NCBI GenBank assembly: GCA_964187785.1 | Contig: OZ076409.1 | Span: forward strand, 80,664,001-80,724,000 | Reading direction: 5' to 3' | Source: Amphiscolops sp. MND2022 | Lineage: Eukaryota | DNA length: 60,000 bases | In this document: positions 47,261-59,048 of the stretch, piece by piece | How the letters are laid out: each line of letters starts with the position of its first letter | Numbering within the stretch: the stretch's first letter is position 1 | Program-made: the position numbers and the translations under genes | Notes under the pieces: generated by a model | What the model was told of the DNA's origin: nothing | Database searches by the model: none | The model's input: the letters and a program-made list of their open reading frames with translations, nothing else

Positions 47261-49889
47261 GTGCCTATCGGAAAACATCAGCAAAACTTTTAAAATGTGG
47301 TACCAGTACATAATTCATGCACGACGGAATTATTATTATTATAGTATCTTCAAAACATAGTGGAACATACAGTTGATACGTCGAATCAGTAGCAATCACG
47401 TTTGAAGAGGGCTCGAACGGCATAACAATGCCATTCAAGTCGGACCCTGGCTAAATTAGAAAAAAACTTGAAACGATTCGTTTTCTTATGAATAATTTAG
47501 TAATTGAAGTGGTATTTCTTAATGAGAAAACATTGCCTTCAGCAATTTGACTAGAGGCAAAAATCTTTTGCGCACGACCGAAATACCGGCTTGAGTGAAG
47601 AACAACGTTCTTTGACTTCACTTAGACATGACATTCATAGCTAGTTTCAATAGCTTGTAGGCGAAAACAGAATCGGTGAAACTCGAAGAAATTCAAAGGT
47701 GATCCGATCCCTTCTCGAATGCGACCAATAACGATAGTGTAGAATCAAAGAAAAAGGCGAATTTGTGAAACTAACCAAAGTCAGATACTAAGGCAGTTTT
47801 CTGATCAAGTTAGCTCAAAGATAAAGCAAAGTTGGGGAAAACTGGTCACTTGAATGAATCTAAATATAAAAAGTTTTTGGTTTTTGGATCGTTAATAAAA
47901 CGATCTTTAAATTTGTCAAAAAGCGATATTTCTCGCTCTTTTCGATTAAGTATTTCTGAAAATTTATATGAAAATTTAAAGAATATCCTCCTCTTACATC
48001 AACTTGGAATTTGTTATATCACTGCCAAAAAAAGAAAAAATTAAGAAAATGTTTTGAAAAAATTGGAATATTTTTGATTCATGCTCAAGAGCGCGAAAAT
48101 CAGCACCATTTCAATGATTCCAAGAATTATCATCAAACAAAACTTTGGTTGTAAGCCAGAAAAATGAAAACTAGGCAAATAAAGGCGCAAAGGACATGGA
48201 AAAAACTTCGAAATGGAAAAAACTCACGTGATACAATGAAACCACGACTTTTTTGACGAGAGTCGTTTTTGCTAGCACCAAAGGATCCCTTTGCCCCTGC
48301 GCTAGCTTGGCTTTGGTTTAAAACAAATGCAGTTGATAAAATGTGAGAAAAATAACTTAGTCAGTGATGTCGTACGAAAAACGCTTTAACCTGCCGAAAA
48401 AAAAATCGAAAATTTTGTGGAACGAGCGCTATCAACATGGTCCGCCTCTTTACCCCTATACGAGGTTCAATTCTGAAGAAAAAACTTCAGAAAGTTATCG
48501 AAATGTACGAAAAAGCGTTTATACCGGAAAAAAAGTAACGCGAATATCGCTTCAAGAAAAATACATTTTTCCGAAGTCCTAAAAAATTTATCGGATAATG
48601 GAAGAAAAATGACAAAATTAAATAGCACAATTTCTTTCGGCAATAAACATTATTCTCAGTCGTATAAATAATTTTAATTTCGAAAACCGTTTTTAGTATT
48701 TCTGGAAGATCGACAAAAGTAGTGATATTACAGCTTTTCACACAACAACTATACTGAAAGAGCTGTGAGAAGGACTGTAAAAATCTGGTAGAATAGATTT
48801 GAATTATTGCAAAAATATATCGTCATTCAAAAAAGGGAAACAGTATTTGCATAGAATAATAAAAACAGAAGCAATTTTTTCCGGAACAAAAAACCGCAGA
48901 TGCGAAGAATTCGAAGAAGTAAAGTGCTCTGACAATATCCCTAGAGGCCTTGGAAGCCCAGAAGGGCAAGACATACAACTTGTGGGGCGCGAAATCAAAC
49001 TAACTTTCGAAAATGTAAATCACGTTTTCACAAAGAATAAAAGCGTAAAATCAATGTCAGGATATATGCTTTAAATAATTTCAGTGTAGAGAGAACTATT
49101 AGGTGGACGTATTTGGAAAAGCCATAAGATCATAAAACGAAAAAACAACAAACTATTTTTTTCGAGACTATATTTAATGCAACAAGATTTTGAAAAGCAT
49201 ATTGGATGAAGACATTTGTTCTTGCTGCGGTGGCTTCACTGTTTAGTGGAAAATGGAAGTGCACTGTAATTCAAATAGCATGGTCAGATCAAGGTTACAA
49301 AACGGTTTTCTTCTCATTTTATCAACTCAACTCGATGCATCTCGCCACGAATTGCCATTGTAACTGAAAGCTGGAAGAGATTTTTACCAGCTGGAATGAA
49401 ATCTCGTTTTTTTTTCAAAATTTCATCGACTTCAAAAATGGGATCACAAAAACGGCTTTCAAAATCAAAGAGTCTTTTCCAACATGCCATCATCGTGCCC
49501 AGTTATCAAAACCATGATGATAGCACGAAAAAAGTGAAGACAAAACTATCTAAAACACAACTAAAACTATAGCACCAGTAGAACATTATTTTTCCAAGAA
49601 TAAATGAACGGCATAGATTTTTGGTTGCTCATTATTTGCGGAAGGTCATAAACTTTTGCAGCATATGACCTCATCTTCTTCTCAAGGTAAGCCTGTTGTT
49701 TAGTGCCTGAAATGAAAATATTCCAACATCAGGAGAACTGAAAGAACTCCATGGGAGATCTCAACAACTGAATTATATTCCCAAAAAATCATGGGAATCA
49801 ATTTTAACACAGAGGCAAACACTTGCGAAGAAAGTTGTGAACTTTTGAAGAGAAAACAATATAAGCAATATCATACGGAGAACCAAGGG

Positions 49890-50470
49890 TGTAAATAGAC
49901 GCTTTTTAAATATGCAAAAGGGCACTATTAAAATTTCATCAATTTTACAGCGCCAAAAAATACCCGGAAGGATACGCATAAGACTCGAAAACCATTTTTC
50001 TTTCTCAACCGAAAACCTTTCGAAAAACGAAAAATTGAGATTTCAAAAAAATTTTGATGAAGGGTCTCCGGTAAGTCGCACAATGCCGAAAGCCCTAAGG
50101 AGCCCTGTATACTCGCAAAACGTTTAGTTTCTAGTAAAAATTGAGGATGGGGGGTCTTAAAAAACAAAATTCGGATACAGCGTGCTGGGCCTGAAAAAAC
50201 CTAATTTCAGGACGATAAATTCTCATTTTGAAAAATCTCACAGTGCCGAAAACTGTAAAAGGGGCATTTGCGATTTTTTGACATCCATTCTGTTGCAAAA
50301 TTTCAAAAAAATGAAGGGGACCCTTCGGAGTCGTAAAAAAAGTTTCGAAAAAATGAGAAATTTTAAAAGTCCCATAGTGCCGAAAAATCTGTAAGGGACC
50401 ATTTGGAATTTTTTAACATTCATTCTGTTGCAAAATATCAAGCAAATTGAAGGGAGGACCCTTTGAGGAC
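49890..50470 (-). repeat. Fragments of the same interspersed repeat family
   Basis: CACAGTGCCGAAAA/GGGACCC subrepeats; the left part resembles the reverse complement of about 39800-39900. Confidence 0.45.
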
Positions 50471-50498
50471 AGTGGCCCTTCTGTTTCGGAATGATTGT

Positions 50499-51487
50499 AA
50501 AAAAAGCCGGGAACGACATACGTCGGCGCCATATATAAGGCTCAACAAGCCGAGAACGGCCAAAGTCGGCGCCATACCTAAGGCTCAAAATTGAAAAGGG
50601 GGGACCCTTCGGGCTTTGTGAAACTCCAGCTGGTTGCAAAAAAAAATTGAAGGGGGGGCCCTTCGGTGCAATCCAAAAAGATTCAAAAAGTCTCATAGTG
50701 CCGAAAAAAGTGGGGCTATGGGGGATCCTTAGTGTTTTCGAGGTTCTGGAGGTCTGTTTTGTTTTTTCTTTTCGGTTTGGACGCGCTTCTGAGGTTGGAG
50801 TTGTTGAGGTTTGACGTTGTTGAACAAATGAACAAAAAAGTGGACCTTACGCGTCTAAAAAAATACCCACTGTAATAGTCGGGCTCATTTTCTACTACAA
50901 TGCGCCGACTAAAAATAGCAAAAGGACTTCAACGTGTCAAGTATTCTTTTTTACAGTACCTGATAAACCCAAAAGTTGGACCGAATTGGCGCGTTAAAAG
51001 AGGGTATTTTTCAACATTCTGTGCAAAACATCAACAAAATTGAAGGGGGGACCCTTTGAAGTCATCATTTAAAATGTTTCGAAAAAAAGTATCACAATGC
51101 CGAAAAAAACTGGAAGGGCGGACCCTATGGTGGAAAAATATTTTCCGAAAAAATCCCACAATGCCGAAGGGTGGACCCTTTGGAATTTTTAAACATCCAT
51201 TGTATAGCAAAACATCAAAAAATGAACGGTGGCCTTCTGAAAAAAAAATCCAAAAAGAGTCCCACAATGCCAAACAAAACTGGAAGGGTGGACCCTTTAG
51301 TCTCGCCCGGAATTGTATGTTACGCGAAAAAAAGGAAAAATCTTGATTCAGTTCGCTTAGCCAAATGGTTCAATTTGACACCATAGAATTGCGTAGAACT
51401 TCGAAGAATTATTTTGGTCAGTTCGTTTGGATTGAAAAAAAGCCACTAGTATAGTCGCGTTTCACTTCATGAAACGCCGACTAAAAA
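50499..51487 (-). mobile_element. Helentron/DINE-1-like element containing a nested copy of the same family
   Basis: Termini AAAAGCCGGGAACGAC..GTCGGCGCC and TAGTCGCG...CGCCGACTAAAAA. Confidence 0.65.
50544..50915 (-). mobile_element. Nested Helentron/DINE-1-like element
   Basis: AACAAGCCGAGAACGGC..AGTCGGCGCC to GCGCCGACTAAAAA, inserted in an A-run of the outer copy with no TSD. Confidence 0.7.
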
Positions 51488-51884
51488 TAGGCCCCTGTGG
51501 GGCACATTATTATTTCTGCTTTTAGGCTTCATGTTGAATAATAGAAGCATATCTTAACCACTTATACAGCGCACAATTAATCACTCTACCAGTTTACACC
51601 GCCTTTAATCCTTCTCGGACTGAAAAATATAAATACTAAGCATATACGAAGTTTCGCATTCGCATTCGAATGCAAGCGAAGCTCTCGGCGAACGCATAAT
51701 TACACTCGTTCGCTTTATTTCTAACTCGGCGTACGAAAGCATAATTACGAACATTCGCTCGTTCCATCGCACGAGAAACGAATTGCTGTCGGCAACTCGA
51801 AACCACGACGAAAATTGAACTGAAAAAAATTGAATTGTTGAGATTTTAATATTATTCCTGCTATCGCAGAAATATTAAAATTAG

Positions 51885-51956
51885 CGCATACGCACTGGTT
51901 CGAACACGGAACCTCTGGGTTGGAAAGCAAGCATCTTACCACTAGACCACGAACGC
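51885..51956 (-). pseudogene. tRNA-Gly(TCC)-like relic or SINE head
   Basis: GCGTTCGTGGTCTAGTGGTAAGATGCTTGCTTTCCAA...GTTCGAACC; A and B boxes present, anticodon and T stems mispaired. Confidence 0.6.
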
Positions 51957-52042
51957 CTGAACTGCGACTTGCCGGCTGAAAAAGTTTTCGCGAGGAAAAA
52001 ACGCACCCGCACTGTTCCATAACACTTGCTTATCGCAATTGT

Positions 52043-52420
52043 AAACAAGACGGGAACGTCCCAAGTCGGCGCCATATCTTAGGCTCAAAAATATTCAAGG
52101 AACAACTATTGTAAAAATTTGGAAAAAAAATTTTCAAAAAAATTATTTTTGAAATTTTTTTCGAAAAAAAAAGTATTTTTTAAGTCGCAAAATGCCGAAA
52201 AAAATCCAAAGGGGGGACCCTTTGGGCACGTCCGGTTGTGTATGTTTCCTTGAAAAAGTAAAAACTGAAAGGGTTGGAGTAAAGTTTGCCTTCTGCGCAG
52301 AATTGCAGAATTGTAAGAAAAGTGGACCACTCAGAGTGAGATTGTCAACTGAAAAAAAAAAAACTACTCACTGTAAGAGTCGGGCTTTTTTCCTTAAGGG
52401 AAAAGGCGCCGACTAAAAAA
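52043..52420 (-). mobile_element. Helentron/DINE-1-like element
   Basis: AAACAAGACGGGAACGTCCCAAGTCGGCGCC...AGTCGGGC...GGCGCCGACTAAAAAA. Confidence 0.7.
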
Positions 52421-52498
52421 GCACTGGCATGGTGACACATGAAAGTGTGCATTTTATAACTCAATCGGCGTCGGAAATTCTGAAGAAAGGTTCATGAA

Positions 52499-53007
52499 CT
52501 AACGTCTGTCAGCTCCATCCTCTGTCAGCCACTTTTCACGGAGATCTCTCTGTGGAATTAATCGGAGCTTGTCCATTTCAACTATATCAACGGCCGTAGA
52601 AGCGATATTCCACCTGATCAAGCCATTGATCTCAAAGTGGCACAAACCAGTGAAGATACTTGCTTCCACGAAGAGGCAAGAAATTCTGATCAAGACATCA
52701 AGAGACATCGGGCAGATATGTATAACAACAGTGTCATAATCTTTCAGAGATATATCACGGTATTTCAAATCATCATGAGTTTGCAGAAAACAATTGATAA
52801 ACTCTTCTATGTCCAAAGTCGCCTGATGAATTTCGACACTGTCGGTTCTGTTTTCACGCGGGTTTCCAGCCCAGATATCGAAGTTGTTCTTCAAAGTCAC
52901 AAATGATTCATCGCGACCAGATCGAACAGCGTATGACAAGTCACGCACAATCTGAGCGAATGAAATCACATCGATAAAACATGCGAAAAGCTTCAAATCA
53001 ACTAGTC
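52499..53007 (-). CDS. DCAF15: DCAF15, downstream exon (exact 3' end and any intervening exon unresolved)
   Basis: LDIEEFINCFL...DYD...IRWNIAS resembles the DCAF15 C-terminal region; acceptor TCACAG at 53008; phase differs from the end of exon 2. Confidence 0.6.
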
Positions 53008-54183
53008 CTGTGATAAACGAATGAAACCCCTAATTGATATTAATCTTTGGAACACTCCATTTTTCTGTCCATGTCTCATTGACATTCAAGAGAAATGCTA
53101 ATAATGAAAATTTCTTGAAAATTCAATCTAGCTTACATTCGTGCTTGTTTAAAACTTCTATGACAAACATTGCGGAACTTCAGCAGTTTGAATGCAATTA
53201 ATTTTTTGACTCAATTTGGGTGTCAAAATCAAACTTGTTCTTAAGATCTTATTTTAATAATTAAATTTAAAATAATTAAATAATTAAAATGGTATCTTCT
53301 CATGAACGCTGTTAATTCTAAGTAATACGACATTTCCCACGACGAAATTTCCGCTTCTCATTTATTTTTCCAACAATTCGAAAATTTGGATGCTTCGTTT
53401 CACTTTTACTGGTAGTAAATTTGGTTTACATAGATCACAAAATGATCTTACTCCATTTTTTACTGAAACTCCAGTTTGTTTTTTTTTGCATGGCCTCCAT
53501 GGATGCACCCTGGACTTTATCGCGGAGAAAATTTACCTTGAACAAAATTAGGTTCATTTTTTGATTGAAAAGTCAAAATAGCTGTAAAGACAATCCTTTC
53601 AGTATTTACAATCATATAATATTCTATTAGTGAAATATTTTTATTCAAGAACAAAATGTGCTTTCGTGTCGGGGTTGATTTCTTAATTACTGTATAAATT
53701 AATTACAGTATATAAAAGTACACCTTTTATTCAGAGGCTAAAAGGAACAATAGTTTACGATTCATTACGGAATTGTGTTAACATTTTGTAACACTAGCCG
53801 AAGTCACTAATTGGCTTTTTAAAACGGTATGGCTCCGTCCAATGGCGTAACTTCTTACCTAAAAAAGCAGTGCTGTTTAATCCCCCCTTCGTCCAATTTT
53901 TTTCCAACAAAGCAATCAAAATTGAGAGAAACTCAAACCATAATAATTGTATTCTTTTATTACTTCAGGGACAGTTTAAGATCCGCATTCACAGTAGATT
54001 TCATTCTTCCAAGAAAAAATCGAATGATTTAAAAATTAGTTGATTTGAACAAAATTGATGCAAAAACCTTTTTGTTCAAACAAAAAACCTATAGTAATTG
54101 TTGTACCCGGAAAATATTTGCCCACATTAATGATAATGGAATTTTTCATGGTACTAGATAGAATTGAGAAGTTGAAAACTAAC

Positions 54184-54887
54184 ATCAGCATCTAAGCGAC
54201 CATTTCTACCGAGTAGTCCAGATCTCCATGGGTTTGGCTCTGTAGTAATTTTGGTAGCTTTTGGGTCAACTTCAAAACCAGATCTAACAAAAACTGCACT
54301 GAAAGTACTCAAAAACCGATCGGCTTCCGCTGATAAATCCAAGTTGCTGTATTTTGAAGTTTCAGGCTCAAATGCTCTCATCTCCAAGTGTTCATTCCTT
54401 TTTGCAGGATATTTAAAGACTTCTATAGCCATCACACTCACGCCATTGGTCACGATGATAATGTTATCAATGGAACACATGTTCACGGTAAAGTTCGGCA
54501 ATGAAAAAGTTTTTTCGACTAAAAAGTTAAAAGAGACGGACCACCCGTGGTCAAAACAATATCTATCGTCACAGTAAGTAGACTGATTCTTTCGACGAAC
54601 ATAAACACAATTTGGGCAGTTACCAGCACTGGGGTTTGAGACAACTGTTATTCTATACTGATTGCTGTATACGTTGTGGTATGCCAAGTTTCTCCAAGCC
54701 TCGGGTCTCGTCTGAAGACCATAGACAAGCAATTTAGAATTATCCCTCGGCCACTGGTGGACTGCAACCAAAAGAGCAGAACATACTTCCCCATCAAACA
54801 ATATGCAGGTCTTTTCCAATTTCAGCTGCGCTCTGTGTTTGTGTTTTTGGTACTCCAGGGTCCACCAATGGAGCCTATAGACATTAT
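54184..54887 (-). CDS. DCAF15: DCAF15 exon 2
   Basis: TTTCAG acceptor in phase with exon 1, giving YSQ-D-NVYRLHWW; GTTAGT donor after ...LDAD. Confidence 0.75.
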
Positions 54888-55090
54888 CTGAAACAATACA
54901 CTTAGGTTTTGAAAAAAAAACATCAACTAGCTTGATCCAAATGGAAGCATTCACGGTGCATTAAAAAGGACACATTTGATTTCTTCAAGAAAAGAGCCTT
55001 AAAATTGTGAATCTGGTGTGAATCTTCTCTGGGAAGAACTTGAAACACAATTGGCGTCACTAGCGATGAAATGTGAAACTTAAATAGTAC

Positions 55091-55349
55091 CTTGCGAGTA
55101 GATTTCGTCAAAATCATCAAGGTGGTTAAATGATATTTCTCCTTCGTCGTCCTTGAGTTTGGTGCTGTATGACAAAAGAAAGCGACCGTCGTTGGTGAAT
55201 CCAAGGAAAACCTGGCGTTGCAACTCGCCAGACCTGCCAGGGAAGCATTGCAGCAGCTGAAACTTATGCCATGGAGCTATTCTACAGCGCGAGAGTTCCA
55301 CATCTGACCCCAACCTGCATCGTTGAAACAAATACTCCTGCACATTCAT
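55091..55349 (-). CDS. DCAF15: DCAF15 exon 1 (DDB1- and CUL4-associated factor 15)
   Basis: QVFLGFTNDGRFLLSYS matches the DCAF15 FLGF..CGR.VLSY motif; AAG|GTACTA donor. Confidence 0.8.
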
Positions 55350-55599
55350 TCAGAATCTGAATGCAGCAATGAGTAAGAGTACAGTTACCAGAAATTAAAA
55401 CTGACATTGACTACTGCATAAAAGATCACAAAAACATGTAGTTTGTCAATCGATTAGAAATATATTTATTACGAAACGATTCAAACACAAATCATTTGTC
55501 AGGTTCAAGTTGGTTCTATTTAGTGTCAGATTTCATCATTGCTACACTTTGGAGCAATTCCCAACCATTGTCATACTGAGTTCGATGCCAAATCCGTAC

Positions 55600-55901
55600 T
55601 TATTTCCTGATATACTTCTCCCAGCGAGTGAAATCGATTTCTGTAAAATCGTCCTTCTGAGCCAAAAAGTCCAAGAACGGTATTAAATTCAGCAATTCTT
55701 TATCTGTGTCTCTGTTTCTATGGGCATTACTGAAGGGTCTTATTTTCAGGCCATTTTTGGGATTCATCAAAAAGTTTCTTCTGAGATCATCAATGATGAG
55801 ACTGTTTTTCGACGAAAAAAGATCAGGGTACTTTCCCCAGAGCACTCCAAGTGGTTTCGTGTCAATCAGGCCATATTGCTTTGCTTGAACTGATATCATG
55901 G
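55600..55901 (-). CDS. UBLCP1: UBLCP1 exon 3
   Basis: AMISV...KPLGVLWGKY...DDLRRNFLMNPKNGLKIRPF...DKELL; AACAG acceptor in phase. Confidence 0.93.
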
Positions 55902-56167
55902 CTGTTAACACACTAAACCGGTAAAAATGGCAAGAACAACACGATGTACGAAAGCTGGAGAATGATGAGCTTTCCAAATTCCAAGACGTATCATGCACAG
56001 CGTTGGGGCAGTATAGGCCCTTATCTCGGAACTGAAACGCGCTGAAGTCCTCGAATATTATAAAACCATTCAAGGAATTTTGCGAAAAATTGAGGTTTTA
56101 TGTATCTGGCCTTATAGGAGTAACAACAATGATTTAAAATTAGCGAACAGGAGACGAAAATATGCAT

Positions 56168-57054
56168 TTCAAGTCGGCGCATTTTATCAAAATGAGCCCG
56201 ACTATTACAGTGGCAAGTTTTTTTTGTCAGACCACAGAATGTATGCGTAGTGGACACTTTTTACAGAACTACTAAAGTACTGGATCGGCAAACGGGGAGC
56301 GCATTCAAGATAGTGCAAAGGGTCCCCCTTTCAGTTACTCCATTTTTATCGTAAGATACAAAACCGGACGAGACTATAGGGTCCTTTGAGTTTTTTTCGG
56401 CACTGTGCGATTTTTTCGAATTTTTTTCTCTCCAAAGGGTCCCCCTTCAAATGTTTTGATATTTTACAGCAAACTGAAGTTTCAAAAAGCCCAAAGGGTC
56501 TCCCCTTTCAAGTTTTTCGGTACTATGAGACTTGGTGCAAACTTAAGGTCTCAAAATTCTTATTCTTCGATTTTTCGTTTTTTTTCGAAAATTTTTTAAT
56601 GTCTCAAAAGGGTCCCCCTTCAATTTTTTATAATATTCTGCAACATAATAGATATTTAAAAATCCCAAAGGGTCCCCTCTTTTAGATTTTTTCGGCACTA
56701 TGAGACTGTTCAAAATTGTCATTTTTCGTCTGAAATTAGGTTTTCTCAATATATATCTACCAATAATTTTTTCCGAAACTATCCGAAACTTGGACGTAAT
56801 ATTCTGAGTAAAGCGCTATATCCGAATTTTTGACGTTATATCCAAATTGTATTCCGTTTTACCAAGGAGGAGGCGGAGGTTCGAAAAGCGCTCCCATTTG
56901 TCCCAGCACACTATATCCGAAGTTTGAGACGTTACACCCCGCAACAAATTGCATTTTCAAAAAACCCAAAGGATCCCCCCTTTAACAATTTCAAAAAGTT
57001 TGAGCTTTTTGAGCTTTAGATATGGCACCGACTTTAGACGTTCCCGTCTTGTTT
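56168..57054 (+). mobile_element. Helentron/DINE-1-like element in UBLCP1 intron 2
   Basis: 5' AGTCGGCGC with nearby inverted GCCCGACT, central tandem subrepeats, 3' GGCACCGACT then stem-loop AGACG-TTCC-CGTCT and TGTTT. Confidence 0.7.
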
Positions 57055-57497
57055 AAATGAAAAAGTAAAGGCCCTCAAAAAACAGGAAAGATTTTTTAAA
57101 AATCAAAACCTAGACATTTTAATGCGTCTGAATCAAACTTGGTAAATTTTGATCGTTCTCCGCACTGGTTATCAGTTTAACTTAGCAATGTCTGACACAT
57201 TCAAAAATTAATCACTTGGGGCCTTGCAAATTCTCTTCAGCTGTAAGAAACCCAAATCCAAAACACCAAGTCCCCCTTCGTAAAAATCACATACTAATAA
57301 TCGCCTTGGGATGCTAACAATATACTAGCAATGTCTGAAATTGAGCACGAAATGACGCTATCAGACGACTTCCAATAAAATTTTGCGATTTTTGCTACCA
57401 TCTTCAAAGAGCTTACGTTTTAAATTTAATGGTAACGCAAAGCTTTTCTTCGACTTCAATAAGAAGGAATCAGATCAAAAAATTGAAAGTTTCTTAC

Positions 57498-57719
57498 CTA
57501 AATGATCGACATAGGCAACAATTTTGTAGTTAGGATTATCTTTCACACCCAGTTCTTTCATTTTGGCAGCTATCCATTTCATGCCAGTGGCAGACCAAAT
57601 AATAATATTAAAGTTGACGTAAGCTGCACTGAGGAATTCGTGAAGATATGGCCTCATTAGATCAGCACCGCACTCCCCAACGGAGCGGTGATCAAACAAA
57701 GTGTAATCAATATCCAAAA
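57498..57719 (-). CDS. UBLCP1: UBLCP1 exon 2
   Basis: [12 protein letters not shown] (DxDxT phosphatase motif), [23 protein letters not shown] acceptor and AG|GTAAGA donor. Confidence 0.93.
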
Positions 57720-57933
57720 CTACACAGAAAGGGACTAATTATTTCAAAAACTTTAAATGAAGTAATATTTTAGCATTAATGAGCGAGCGAATAATATAAT
57801 AAAACGTAAAAATCTCCGTTTGGCGACCAGTAGATTTTCAAAGGAACAACTTAAACGTCATACACTTTAATGAAGCAACTTCCGAATTCAAGCAAATTCA
57901 TATTTGTGTCATATTTCATTGCAAAATTAGCCC

Positions 57934-58393
57934 CTAAAAGCTTCTTCTCTTTCTCGGGTTTGACGAATTCTTCTATTTTGTACTCCTTCACACGCTTGTT
58001 TATTTTGGCAAGGAACTCTTCACGCAGGTCTGGGGGCATGTCTTCCATAACAGGAACATCGAAATCATCAACTACATCAGGTAGGTCTTCAGGGCGAGTA
58101 TTGGCTTTCAGTATTTCATCATCAACAGTACCAAGCATCATAACTTTCGTGTTTTTCTTCAGAATCAAATCACTCATCAGAGTTTGATCATTGACTTTGA
58201 CAGCTCCACCAACTCGAGCTTTCAATCCCATCAATTTCTGATTGACTACACGAACTTGGGTCTCGTCTTGAAGCTGTTTTTTCAAATCAGCGACGCAATT
58301 GCTGCCTTCAAGTGTGTCTATAACAATTTCCCTGTCCTGCCATTTGATGGTTAAAGAAATGAGGCCGCCACTGGATTCCGCAACGTCTGACAT
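57934..58393 (-). CDS. UBLCP1: UBLCP1 exon 1 (ubiquitin-like domain-containing CTD phosphatase 1; 327 aa in total)
   Basis: UBL domain IKW...LKKQLQDETQV...QKLMGL...MMLGT, DVVDDFD, KKLL; the exon end implies a GG donor. Confidence 0.88.
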
Positions 58394-58441
58394 CTGGAAC
58401 TATTTCATCTTAAATACAAAGCCATTTAGCGTAGCTTCGCC

Positions 58442-58901
58442 AGATACGGGACAATTTGCCGAAAAGTGATTCGGGGACAATTTGCTCAATAATTTTCGGC
58501 AAATTGTCCTTCACGTTCGGCCAATTGGGTTTCGGCAAATTGTCCCGTATCCGGTTTTTGCTCCTGCGAAGCGTTTAAAATAGATTAGGTACTTCTCCTC
58601 GCCTAATATGGGGTCATATACGGTGTATGCACGCTCGCCCTCACCGTCACAAAGACCACCTCCCACTACGATCGCTTCGCGATCTCCGTTCCTGCTGGGT
58701 CTTTGCGCCTGTTCGATCTCGCTTAGCAAGATGGGAACATAAGCGGCCCCAAGGGGCCGCGGGGCACTAGAGGAAATGGGGGCATATCAGACGGCCAAAA
58801 ACATTTGAAAACGCTAGGTATTCGGCAAATTGTCCCTACAAAATTCGGCAAATTCAGAAGGGACAATTTGCCGAAAAAAAATCGGCAAATTGTCCCTAAC
58901 C
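58442..58901. mobile_element. MULE/Foldback-like MITE with 9-bp TSD, 48 bp upstream of the UBLCP1 ATG
   Basis: GGGACAATTTGCCGAA repeated in both orientations in each arm; TSD AGCTTCGCC (58433-58441, 58902-58910). Confidence 0.85.
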
Positions 58902-59048
58902 AGCTTCGCCATCATATGCACCAACATCAAATGTACAAATTACTACTACTAGAAGACTAAAAAAAAACCTCTATCATTGCAGCTCACAAAAAATTTCTAC
59001 CGGTCGACTGCGACAGTGGCTGGTATGGGTAGTTTGTTGTTAGCCACC

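Noticed and set aside
46188..47313. Plus-strand and alternative-frame ORFs overlapping RRS1
   Set aside because: They are shadow ORFs of a Lys/Glu-rich coding sequence; the 17-aa upstream extension to 47311 also crosses an acceptor-like site and is unlikely to be coding.
51885..51956. Functional tRNA-Gly gene (also 39-110)
   Set aside because: Anticodon and T stems are mispaired and both lie among interspersed repeats, so they were kept only as relics.
51963..51971. TGCGACTTG identical to part of the gypsy PBS, next to the tRNA-like relic
   Set aside because: A 9-nt match is expected by chance in 60 kb, and it lies outside the tRNA 3' end.
53380..54030. Candidate missing DCAF15 exon(s)
   Set aside because: A phase mismatch implies one exists and a TTAG|GTAAGA donor lies near 53858, but I could not define a supported exon.
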